The translations under genes and the position numbers were made by a program. 32,000 nt of DNA from Mycobacterium tuberculosis H37Rv. GTDB lineage: Bacteria; Actinomycetota; Actinomycetes; Mycobacteriales; Mycobacteriaceae. Where the stretch lies: NCBI RefSeq assembly GCF_000195955.2, contig NC_000962.3, positions 1,530,001 through 1,562,000 on the forward strand, in the 5' to 3' direction. The notes beneath the pieces were generated by a model. That model was given only the letters and a program-made list of their open reading frames with translations, made no database searches and had not been told where the DNA came from. This document shows positions 19,152 to 32,000 of this stretch, one piece after another. The number at the start of each line of letters is the position of its first letter. Within the stretch, counting starts at the first letter, position 1.

Positions 19152-20641
19152 CGGCCTGCGGCAGGATTGTCGTCACCGCTGGGCCCACGATTAGCGCCGC
19201 GGACATCCGCTCGGTGGTGCCGGATGCCGAGGTGGCGCCGCCGATTGCGTTTGGCCAGGCGCTCTCCTATGACTTGCGGTCGGGTGACACGCTGCTGATT
19301 GTCGACGGATTGTTCTTTCAGCAGCCGTCGGTTCGACATAAGGAGCTTTTGACGTTGATGGCCGACGGTGTCCGAGTCGTCGGATCGTCGAGCATGGGCG
19401 CCCTGCGGGCCGCTGAGCTGCATCCATTCGGCATGGAGGGCTATGGCTGGGTCTTCGAAAGCTACCGAGATGGGGTACTCGAGGCCGACGATGAGGTCGG
19501 CGTGGTGCACGGCGACGCCGACGACGGCTACCCGGTCTTCGTCGACGCGCTGGTGAACATGCGCCACACCCTGGCGCGGGCCGTCGCAACTGGTGTGGTG
19601 TGCTCCGAGCTGGCCGAGCGGATCATCGAGACCGCGCGGGCCACACCGTTCACCATGCGCACCTGGGCGCGGCTGCTGAGTGAGGTCGGCGCCCCGGACC
19701 AGCGCGGCCTCGCCGCACAGTTGCGGTCACTGCGGGTCGATGTCAAACACGCCGATGCGCTGCTGGCGTTGCGGCAGCTCGGCCAGCGCCCCCGGGTGGA
19801 GCCGCTTCGTCCGGGTCCGCCGCCCACCGTGTGGTCGCGGCGGTGGCGGCAGCGATGGGCACCGCCCACCTCCGTCGCCGCATCGGCCGACCACGGCGAG
19901 TCTTTTGTCGACGTCACCGACTTGGAGGTCTTGTCGTTTTTGAGCGTGAGCTCGGTTGACTACTGGGCCTACCGGCCAGCACTGCAACAGGTCGCTGCCT
20001 GGTACTGGACGTTGAAACACCCCGAACAATCCGGAAGCGTCGGTGAGCGTGCCGCACGAGCCGTCGCCGAGGTGGCATCGGAGGGCTACGGGCGCGCCCT
20101 GGAATTCATTGCCTATCGCTACGCACTTGCCACCGGCATCATCGACGAGACCGGCTTTCCCGAGGCGGTCGCAGCGCATTGGCTCACCACCGAAGAGCGC
20201 CACGGCCTGGGCAATGACCCCATCTCGATCTCGGCGCGAGTGATCACCCGCACGTTGTTCGTCGTCCGGTTATTGCCGGCGATCGACCATTTCCTTGACC
20301 TGCTGCGGAAGGACTCCCGACTGCCCCGATGGCGTGCCATGGCGGCCCACGCACTCTGCAAGCGCGACGATCTGGCCCGGCAAAAGCCGCACCTGAACCT
20401 GGGCCGGCCCGATCCGACGCAATTGAAGCGCCTCTTTGGGGCCCGATGGGGGACCCAGGTGAACCGCATCGAGTTGGCCCGGCGTGGACTGATGACCGAG
20501 GACGCCTTCTATGCTGCCGCCACCCCGTTCGCCGTCGCGGCCGTCGACGACCAACTGCCGCGCATCGAGGTCGGCACCTTAGGACCCGCGCCGCTGAGCG
20601 CGGACGTTCCAGAACGCCATTTCGACTTCGGTTCCGTCTAA
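19148..20641 (+). CDS. TfuA-domain protein with a long C-terminal extension (Rv1376-like)
   Basis: 497 aa; IVVTAGPTISAADI...GDTLLIVDGLFFQQPSVRHKELLTLMADGVRVVGSSSMGALRAAELHPFGMEGYGWVFESYRDG is the TfuA signature; ATGA overlap with the YcaO gene. Confidence 0.92.
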   Translation: MTACGRIVVTAGPTISAADIRSVVPDAEVAPPIAFGQALSYDLRSGDTLLIVDGLFFQQPSVRHKELLTLMADGVRVVGSSSMGALRAAELHPFGMEGYGWVFESYRDGVLEADDEVGVVHGDADDGYPVFVDALVNMRHTLARAVATGVVCSELAERIIETARATPFTMRTWARLLSEVGAPDQRGLAAQLRSLRVDVKHADALLALRQLGQRPRVEPLRPGPPPTVWSRRWRQRWAPPTSVAASADHGESFVDVTDLEVLSFLSVSSVDYWAYRPALQQVAAWYWTLKHPEQSGSVGERAARAVAEVASEGYGRALEFIAYRYALATGIIDETGFPEAVAAHWLTTEERHGLGNDPISISARVITRTLFVVRLLPAIDHFLDLLRKDSRLPRWRAMAAHALCKRDDLARQKPHLNLGRPDPTQLKRLFGARWGTQVNRIELARRGLMTEDAFYAAATPFAVAAVDDQLPRIEVGTLGPAPLSADVPERHFDFGSV

Positions 20642-21217
20642 CTCGCGGCGCACGGTGGCGGGCTCCAGCGACTCGATATCCCAGCCAGCGCCACCGAGGA
20701 CGTCGCGCAGCGTTTGCTCGGATACCGTCGACCGCGGCCATTCCTCATCGGGCGGCATGGCGTTGGAGAAGCAGCTGAGTAGCAGGGTGGCGCCCGGTCG
20801 GGTGGCCCGGTGCACCGAGGCGGCGTAGCTGCGCTTGCCGTCGTCGTCTAGGCAGTGGAACATCCCGCAGTCGATCACGGTATCGAACGCGCCGGTGTAG
20901 CCGGTCAGCTTGGTGGCGTCACCCACTGCGAACTTGACATCGACTCCGGCGTCGCTGGCTCGCCGTTTGGCGGTGGTCAGCGCGGTGGGAGAGATGTCCA
21001 ACCCGGTCACCTGGTAGCCGTTCCTGGCGAGGTAGATCGCGTTGTCACCGAGCCCGCACCCGATGTCGAGCACGTCGCCGTGCACCCAGCCGCCGGTGTG
21101 CCAGCCGATGACATTGTCCTTGGGCGCTTTGGTGTCCCACGGCGGTGTCGTGATCGGCGGGAGGCCCTCGCCGGGGCTTTCGCCACGGTAGAGCGCGTCG
21201 AAATCTATACCTGGCAT
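20579..21217 (-). CDS. SAM-dependent methyltransferase (Rv1377c-like)
   Basis: 212 aa from MPGIDFDALYRGESPGEG; motif I VLDIGCGLGDNAIYLA; motif post-I VTGLDIS. Confidence 0.9.
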   Translation of the reverse strand: MPGIDFDALYRGESPGEGLPPITTPPWDTKAPKDNVIGWHTGGWVHGDVLDIGCGLGDNAIYLARNGYQVTGLDISPTALTTAKRRASDAGVDVKFAVGDATKLTGYTGAFDTVIDCGMFHCLDDDGKRSYAASVHRATRPGATLLLSCFSNAMPPDEEWPRSTVSEQTLRDVLGGAGWDIESLEPATVRRELDGTEVEMAFWNVRAQRRGS

Positions 21218-21227
21218 GCTGGCCAGC

Positions 21228-22517
21228 TTAGGCGGCGTGTAGGTGGGTGAGGGCGACACCGATTCTGGCTTCCACCTGGCTAACGTCTATCTCCAACGGC
21301 CCGGGCAGTGGTGGCGCGGTGCAGTGATAGTACATCCCGGTGGGCGTGGTGAATTCAGCTGTGTGACGGCCGGTTTCGTCCGTGTCGGTGCTGACGCGCC
21401 AGCCGGGAGCTTCCTTGACGTAGTTACAGCGTTCACACGATCCGAGGCCGTTGGTCGCGGTGGTCGGGCCGCCTCGATGATGCGGCTGGGCGTGGTCACG
21501 GTGGCGGATCGGGGCATCGCAGTAGGGCATGCGACAGCGCTGATCGCGCAACCCGATGAACGCGGCCAGCCCCTTCGGGAACCGGCGTGCCCGCGATTCC
21601 ATCGCCACCAAGGCCCCCGAGCGCGGATGACGGTAGAGCCGGCGCAGCGTGGCCCGTGACCGCGTATCGGCAACCGCGTCGCGCACCAGGTTGCGGGCCA
21701 CGGCCGCCGGGATGGGGCCATACCCGTCGACCACCGCCGGGGCGCGGTCGCCAGCTAACAGTGTCTCGTCGGAGAGCACCAGGTTGACCGCTACCGGTTG
21801 GGCCGCCTCGGCGGGTTGTCCGGTGACCCGCTCGACCAACGTGTCGGCCATTACCTGGCCCCGTGTCCGATCGTCGAATGTCGTGTCGGCGGCCCGCTTG
21901 AGCGCCGCATAGACCGACACGCCTCGGGCCACCGGAAGCAACGCCGTCACCCAGGTCATGGTGTCGGGGGCCGGGCGGATCGTCACCGTGCGTTCGGTCT
22001 CGGCCCTGGCGGCCCGCTCCACCACCGCCTGGGCATCGAGCCGGTAGGCAATCGCCCGGGCCGCGGCGGCGATCCGCGCATCACCCATCCCGTCCAATGC
22101 GGACATGTCGGCGCACAGCTCGGCGTCGAGTGCGCGGCGATCCTCGACGTCCAGGCAGGCCGACTCCCGCACGATCAGCGTGGCCCGCCACTCCGATAGC
22201 CGCCCGACCTCGAGCGCGGCGAGTGTGTGCGGCATCTCATACACCAACGCCTTCGCGAACCCCAGGTGGCGCCCGCCGCGCGCCGGCGAATCCCGTCGCG
22301 CCAGCGCTACTTCACTGGCCACCCCACGCCCGCGCCGCCGTGCCGGCACCCCCGCATCCGCCTCATTGCAGCGACGCAACTTGTCCAGCGCCGCCGCAGC
22401 ACGTGCCTGACCGGCGGCCGCGGCCGATTTGACCCGCTCCAGCTCGGCGATCCGCGCGGTCAGGCTCGCCTCATCGTCGCGCGAATCCACGCCCGCGAGG
22501 CTCACTAAATCGAACAT
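21228..22517 (-). CDS. 13E12-family HNH endonuclease-domain protein (Rv1378c-like); proposed start [13 protein letters not shown]
   Basis: Within ORF 21228..22739; family-typical MFDL start, C-terminal [55 protein letters not shown]. Confidence 0.85.
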
Positions 22518-22525
22518 GTGTTCGA
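22510..22525 (-). promoter_or_regulatory. Mycobacterial SOS/LexA box TCGAAC-N4-GTTCGA
   Basis: + strand TCGAACATGTGTTCGA, perfect palindromic half sites, between -10-like TATACT (minus strand, 22530-22525) and the proposed ATG. Confidence 0.93.
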
Positions 22526-22613
22526 GTATAGCAGGCCTGGGCCACCGCGGCCACCGCACCGCGGGCCCGCAGCGTGCGAGTGCTACGCTGCCGAGCGGTC
22601 GACATCCTTTAAC

Positions 22614-22632
22614 GATCCGTCCAGAGAGGCGG
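22614..22632 (+). promoter_or_regulatory. PyrR-binding RNA loop in the pyrR leader
   Basis: GATCCGTCCAGAGAGGCGG contains UCCAGAGAGGC, the PyrR-binding-loop consensus, closed by CCG/CGG and directly preceding the SD (GGAGAAGGAGG) of pyrR. Confidence 0.85.
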
Positions 22633-22653
22633 AGAAGGAGGTCAAGGTTTCCC

Positions 22654-23235
22654 ATGGGTGCTGCGGGTGATGCCGCAATCGGCCGGGAGTCCCGCGAGTT
22701 GATGTCCGCGGCCGACGTCGGCCGCACGATTTCGCGCATCGCGCATCAGATTATCGAGAAGACCGCGTTAGATGACCCAGTCGGACCCGACGCGCCGCGG
22801 GTGGTGCTGCTGGGAATCCCGACCCGTGGCGTGACGCTGGCGAATCGCCTGGCCGGCAATATCACCGAATACAGCGGCATCCACGTCGGCCATGGCGCGC
22901 TGGACATCACCCTGTACCGCGACGATCTGATGATCAAGCCGCCGCGGCCCTTGGCGTCGACGTCGATCCCGGCCGGTGGGATCGATGACGCGCTGGTGAT
23001 CCTGGTCGATGACGTGCTCTACTCCGGGCGCTCGGTGCGTTCCGCCCTGGACGCGCTGCGCGACGTGGGCCGGCCGCGGGCGGTGCAATTGGCGGTGCTG
23101 GTCGACAGGGGTCACCGGGAACTGCCGCTGCGCGCCGACTATGTGGGCAAGAACGTTCCGACCTCGCGCAGCGAGAGCGTGCACGTGCGGCTGCGCGAGC
23201 ACGACGGCCGTGACGGCGTGGTGATCTCGCGATGA
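22654..23235 (+). CDS. pyrR: Bifunctional pyr operon regulator / uracil phosphoribosyltransferase
   Basis: 193 aa; [25 protein letters not shown] loop; [22 protein letters not shown] start. Confidence 0.95.
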
Positions 23236-24191
23236 CCCCAAGGCACCTGCTGACCGCCGCCGACCTCAGCCGCGACGACGCCACCGCCATCCTCGACGAC
23301 GCCGACCGGTTTGCGCAGGCGCTGGTCGGTCGCGACATCAAGAAGCTGCCGACGCTGCGGGGCCGGACCGTCGTCACGATGTTCTATGAGAACTCCACCC
23401 GCACCCGGGTGTCGTTCGAGGTAGCGGGTAAGTGGATGAGCGCCGACGTGATCAACGTCAGCGCTGCCGGATCTTCGGTAGGCAAGGGTGAGTCGCTGCG
23501 GGATACCGCGCTGACCCTGCGCGCGGCCGGGGCTGACGCGCTGATCATCCGCCATCCCGCGTCCGGCGCCGCCCATCTGCTGGCGCAGTGGACCGGCGCC
23601 CACAACGATGGGCCGGCGGTGATCAACGCCGGTGACGGCACTCATGAACACCCCACGCAGGCGCTGCTTGATGCGCTGACCATCCGTCAGCGCCTCGGCG
23701 GCATCGAAGGCCGGCGCATCGTGATCGTCGGCGACATCCTGCACAGCCGGGTCGCCCGCTCCAACGTCATGCTGCTGGACACCCTGGGCGCCGAGGTGGT
23801 GCTGGTGGCGCCACCCACATTGCTACCGGTCGGGGTGACCGGCTGGCCGGCCACCGTCTCCCACGACTTCGATGCCGAGCTGCCCGCCGCCGACGCGGTA
23901 TTGATGCTGCGGGTACAGGCCGAGCGGATGAACGGCGGTTTTTTCCCGTCCGTACGGGAGTACTCGGTCCGCTACGGGCTAACCGAGCGGCGCCAGGCGA
24001 TGCTTCCCGGCCACGCCGTGGTGTTGCACCCGGGACCGATGGTGCGTGGCATGGAGATCACATCTTCGGTCGCGGACTCGTCGCAATCGGCTGTGCTGCA
24101 ACAGGTTTCCAATGGAGTCCAGGTGCGGATGGCGGTGCTGTTCCATGTGCTGGTGGGAGCGCAGGATGCCGGTAAAGAGGGTGCGGCGTGA
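23232..24191 (+). CDS. pyrB: Aspartate carbamoyltransferase catalytic subunit
   Basis: [28 protein letters not shown]; [18 protein letters not shown]; GPMVRGMEI. Confidence 0.96.
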
Positions 24192-25480
24192 GCGTGCTGA
24201 TTCGTGGTGTGCGGCCCTACGGCGAGGGGGAGCGGGTCGACGTACTCGTCGATGACGGCCAGATCGCCCAGATAGGACCGGATCTGGCGATCCCCGATAC
24301 GGCCGATGTCATTGACGCCACCGGACACGTGCTGCTGCCCGGGTTCGTCGATCTGCACACCCATCTGCGCGAGCCGGGCCGCGAGTATGCCGAGGACATC
24401 GAAACCGGTTCGGCCGCGGCCGCTTTGGGCGGCTACACCGCGGTGTTCGCGATGGCCAACACCAACCCCGTGGCCGACAGCCCGGTGGTCACCGACCACG
24501 TCTGGCACCGCGGCCAGCAGGTCGGCCTGGTCGACGTGCACCCCGTCGGCGCGGTCACCGTCGGGCTGGCCGGAGCCGAGCTGACCGAGATGGGCATGAT
24601 GAACGCCGGCGCCGCCCAGGTGCGGATGTTCTCCGACGACGGGGTCTGCGTGCATGACCCGCTGATCATGCGCCGCGCCCTGGAATATGCCACCGGTTTG
24701 GGCGTGCTGATCGCCCAGCACGCCGAGGAGCCCCGGCTGACGGTCGGCGCCGTCGCGCACGAGGGACCCATGGCGGCGCGGCTGGGCCTGGCGGGATGGC
24801 CGCGGGCCGCCGAGGAATCGATCGTCGCCCGCGACGCCTTGCTGGCCCGTGACGCCGGCGCCCGGGTGCACATCTGTCACGCGTCGGCCGCGGGCACCGT
24901 CGAAATCCTGAAATGGGCTAAGGACCAGGGTATTTCGATCACCGCCGAGGTCACCCCCCACCACCTGTTGCTCGACGATGCCAGATTGGCCAGCTATGAC
25001 GGCGTGAACCGGGTCAACCCGCCGCTGCGCGAAGCTTCCGACGCGGTCGCCCTGCGACAGGCGCTGGCCGACGGGATCATCGACTGTGTGGCCACAGATC
25101 ACGCCCCGCATGCCGAGCACGAGAAATGCGTCGAATTCGCCGCGGCCCGGCCCGGCATGCTCGGGTTGCAGACGGCATTGTCGGTGGTGGTGCAGACAAT
25201 GGTGGCGCCCGGCTTGTTGAGTTGGCGCGATATCGCGCGGGTGATGAGTGAGAACCCGGCGTGCATCGCACGCTTGCCCGATCAGGGCCGGCCACTGGAG
25301 GTGGGGGAGCCGGCCAACCTGACGGTGGTGGACCCCGACGCCACCTGGACGGTCACCGGCGCCGACCTGGCCAGCCGGTCGGCCAACACGCCGTTTGAGT
25401 CGATGAGCCTGCCCGCCACCGTGACCGCGACCCTGCTGCGCGGGAAGGTGACCGCGCGCGACGGGAAGATCCGGGCATGA
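24188..25480 (+). CDS. pyrC: Dihydroorotase
   Basis: [23 protein letters not shown]; [12 protein letters not shown]; [10 protein letters not shown]. Confidence 0.96.
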
Positions 25481-25974
25481 ACTCCGGCACGCTGGCGGGG
25501 TCGCTGATCTTCGCGGCGGTGCTCGTCATGCTGATCGCGGTGCTCGCTCGGCTGATGATGCGCGGCTGGCGGCGCCGTTCGGAGCGGCAGGCGGAGCTGC
25601 TCGGCGACTTGCCCGACGTGCCCGAGCACGTGAGCTCGGCCACGGTCACCACCCGCGGCCTGTACGTGGGCGCCACGCTGTCGCCGGCCTGGAACGAGCG
25701 GGTCACCGTCGGTGATCTCGGGTATCGCAGCAAGGCGGTGCTCACCCGGTATCCGTCGGGCATCATGGTGGAACGCGCACGGGCTCAGCCGATTTGGATT
25801 CCTACGGAGTCGATCGCCGCCATTCGCATGGAACGCGGCGTCGCCGGCAAGGTGGTGGCCGGCATCGGGATACTCGCGATCCGTTGGCGACTGCCGTCCG
25901 GCACCGAGATCGATGTCGGGTTTCGGGCAGACAACCGCGACGAATACCAGGAGTGGCTGGAGGAACCCGTTTGA
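25477..25974 (+). CDS. Membrane-anchored protein of unknown function in the pyr operon (Rv1382-like)
   Basis: 165 aa; N-terminal [25 protein letters not shown]; overlaps both neighbours. Confidence 0.85.
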
Positions 25975-27100
25975 GCAAAGCCGTATTGGTCCTCGAAGAC
26001 GGCCGGGTGTTCACCGGCAGGCCGTTCGGCGCGACCGGACAAGCGCTCGGGGAGGCCGTGTTTTCCACCGGCATGTCCGGTTATCAGGAGACGCTGACCG
26101 ATCCCAGCTATCACCGTCAGATCGTGGTGGCCACCGCGCCGCAGATCGGCAACACCGGCTGGAACGGCGAGGACTCCGAAAGCCGAGGGGAGCGGATCTG
26201 GGTCGCCGGTTACGCGGTGCGCGACCCGTCGCCGCGCGCGTCCAACTGGCGCGCCACCGGCACGTTGGAAGACGAACTCATCCGCCAGCGCATCGTCGGG
26301 ATCGCCGGCATCGACACCCGGGCCGTGGTGCGCCATCTGCGCAGCCGCGGGTCGATGAAGGCGGGGGTGTTCTCCGACGGGGCGCTGGCCGAGCCTGCCG
26401 ACTTGATCGCGCGGGTGCGAGCACAACAGTCGATGCTGGGCGCCGATCTGGCCGGCGAGGTCAGCACCGCGGAGCCGTATGTCGTCGAACCCGACGGGCC
26501 ACCGGGTGTTTCGAGGTTCACCGTGGCCGCCCTAGATCTTGGTATCAAGACCAACACTCCGCGTAACTTCGCCCGGCGCGGGATTCGCTGCCATGTGCTG
26601 CCGGCATCGACCACCTTCGAGCAGATCGCCGAACTCAACCCGCATGGCGTGTTCTTGTCCAACGGCCCCGGCGACCCGGCCACCGCCGATCACGTCGTCG
26701 CGCTTACCCGCGAGGTGCTGGGCGCCGGAATCCCGTTGTTCGGCATCTGTTTCGGCAACCAGATCCTGGGCCGCGCGCTGGGCCTGTCGACCTACAAGAT
26801 GGTGTTTGGGCACCGCGGCATCAACATCCCGGTCGTCGACCACGCCACCGGTCGGGTGGCGGTGACCGCGCAAAACCATGGCTTCGCCCTTCAGGGGGAG
26901 GCGGGCCAATCCTTCGCCACCCCGTTCGGTCCCGCGGTGGTCAGCCACACCTGCGCCAACGACGGTGTGGTCGAAGGCGTCAAGCTCGTTGACGGGCGGG
27001 CGTTTTCGGTGCAATACCACCCGGAAGCCGCCGCCGGCCCGCACGATGCCGAGTACCTGTTCGACCAGTTCGTGGAGCTGATGGCAGGGGAGGGCCGCTA

Positions 27101-27101
<1 letters not shown>
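25971..27101 (+). CDS. carA: Carbamoyl-phosphate synthase small subunit
   Basis: 376 aa from TTG 25971 (TTGA overlap); [17 protein letters not shown]; [16 protein letters not shown]. Confidence 0.95.
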
Positions 27102-30444
<3,343 letters not shown>

Positions 30445-30448
<4 letters not shown>

Positions 30449-31269
30449 CCGGGTTCGGTCTCCGGTTGGCCGAGGCAAAGGCACGCCGCGGCCCGTTGTG
30501 TCTGGGCATCGATCCGCATCCCGAGCTGCTGCGGGGCTGGGATCTGGCGACCACGGCCGACGGGCTGGCCGCGTTCTGCGACATCTGCGTACGGGCCTTC
30601 GCTGATTTCGCGGTGGTCAAACCGCAGGTGGCGTTTTTTGAGTCATACGGGGCTGCCGGATTCGCGGTGCTGGAGCGCACCATCGCGGAACTGCGGGCCG
30701 CAGACGTGCTGGTGTTGGCCGACGCCAAGCGCGGCGACATTGGGGCGACCATGTCGGCGTATGCGACGGCCTGGGTGGGCGACTCGCCGCTGGCCGCCGA
30801 CGCCGTGACGGCCTCGCCCTATTTGGGCTTCGGTTCGCTGCGGCCGCTGCTAGAGGTCGCGGCCGCCCACGGCCGAGGGGTGTTCGTGCTGGCGGCCACC
30901 TCCAATCCCGAGGGTGCGGCGGTGCAGAATGCCGCCGCCGACGGCCGCAGCGTGGCCCAGTTGGTCGTGGACCAGGTGGGGGCGGCCAACGAGGCGGCAG
31001 GACCCGGGCCCGGATCCATCGGCGTGGTCGTCGGCGCAACGGCGCCACAGGCCCCCGATCTCAGCGCCTTCACCGGGCCGGTGCTGGTGCCCGGCGTGGG
31101 GGTGCAGGGCGGGCGCCCGGAGGCGCTGGGCGGTCTGGGCGGGGCCGCATCGAGCCAGCTGTTGCCCGCGGTGGCGCGCGAGGTCTTGCGGGCCGGCCCC
31201 GGCGTGCCCGAATTGCGCGCCGCGGGCGAACGGATGCGCGATGCCGTCGCCTATCTCGCTGCCGTGTAG
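30445..31269 (+). CDS. pyrF: Orotidine-5'-phosphate decarboxylase (class 2)
   Basis: 274 aa from GTG 30445; [18 protein letters not shown] active site; [12 protein letters not shown]. Confidence 0.96.
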
Positions 31270-31463
31270 CGGGTGCCCTGCCACCGCGCCGCTAAATCCC
31301 ACCAGCATGGGGTGGTGAGCCCAGCGCTCGTGTGACCAAACTCACCGCCCTGGGCCGTCGTCACGCTGTGTTAACCTCTCGTTCAAATGATATTCATATT
31401 CAATAGTGGCGCTAAGTGTCCGGTTGAATCCCCGTTGAACCCCCAACAGATGGAGTCTGTGTC

Positions 31464-31772
31464 GTGACGTTGCGAGTCGTTCCCGAAAGCCTGGCAGGCG
31501 CCAGCGCTGCCATCGAAGCAGTGACCGCTCGCCTGGCCGCCGCGCACGCCGCGGCGGCCCCGTTTATCGCGGCGGTCATCCCGCCTGGGTCCGACTCGGT
31601 TTCGGTGTGCAACGCCGTTGAGTTCAGCGTTCACGGTAGTCAGCATGTGGCAATGGCCGCTCAGGGGGTTGAGGAGCTCGGCCGCTCGGGGGTCGGGGTG
31701 GCCGAATCGGGTGCCAGTTATGCCGCTAGGGATGCGCTGGCGGCGGCGTCGTATCTCAGCGGTGGGCTATGA
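31464..31772 (+). CDS. PE15: PE family protein PE15
   Basis: 102 aa [38 protein letters not shown]-terminal domain. Confidence 0.92.
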
Positions 31773-32000
31773 CCGAGCCGTGGATAGCCTTCCCTCCCGA
31801 GGTGCACTCGGCGATGCTGAACTACGGTGCGGGCGTTGGGCCGATGTTGATCTCCGCCACGCAGAATGGGGAGCTCAGCGCCCAATACGCAGAAGCGGCA
31901 TCAGAGGTCGAGGAATTGTTGGGGGTGGTGGCCTCCGAGGGATGGCAGGGGCAAGCCGCCGAGGCGTTTGTCGCCGCGTACATGCCGTTTCTGGCGTGGC
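31769..32000 (+). CDS. PPE20: PPE family protein PPE20, truncated by window end
   Basis: [77 protein letters not shown]; ATGA-coupled to PE15. Confidence 0.93.

Noticed and set aside
22655-22739. N-terminal extensions of the HNH/13E12 protein ([29 protein letters not shown]...)
   Set aside because: They are antisense to the pyrR 5' coding region and leader; the MFDL start with SOS box and -10 is better supported.
23972-25120. 382-aa minus ORF opposite pyrB/pyrC
   Set aside because: Spans two conserved enzyme genes in antisense; no domain signature.

Overview
This window is ordinary Mycobacterium tuberculosis-complex chromosome: high GC, a complete IS6110, PE/PPE genes and MTBC-typical gene order. 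By recalled family knowledge and matching protein lengths it corresponds to about Rv1358 (C-terminus) to Rv1387 (5' end). Blocks in order: (1) LuxR-HTH tail, cyclase-like protein, F420-type monooxygenase, PPE19, two Mce-associated-type membrane proteins; (2) a RsbU/RsbW/RsbV fusion regulator plus a STAS anti-anti-sigma factor; (3) a RelA/SpoT-fold synthetase with an overlapping 78-aa partner; (4) beta-lactamase-like protein and lipoprotein LprF; (5) a complete 1355-bp IS6110 with a 3-bp target duplication; (6) desaturase / type III PKS (pks18) / sulfotransferase cluster; (7) a YcaO-TfuA pair; (8) SAM methyltransferase, 13E12-type HNH protein with a perfect SOS box; (9) pyrR-pyrB-pyrC-Rv1382-carA-carB-pyrF operon; (10) PE15/PPE20. 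The strongest candidate for an undescribed system is at 17094-20641. Four tiny, mutually homologous ORFs (28, 23, 27 and 24 aa, all below the supplied ORF-track cutoff) are arranged as two repeats of [promoter - long Cys-containing peptide - short peptide]. The last one is translationally coupled by ATGA to a YcaO cyclodehydratase-like gene, which is itself ATGA-coupled to a TfuA-domain gene. This looks like a compact RiPP locus with a duplicated two-peptide precursor cassette. No database searches were run; all identifications are from sequence motifs and recalled family knowledge.
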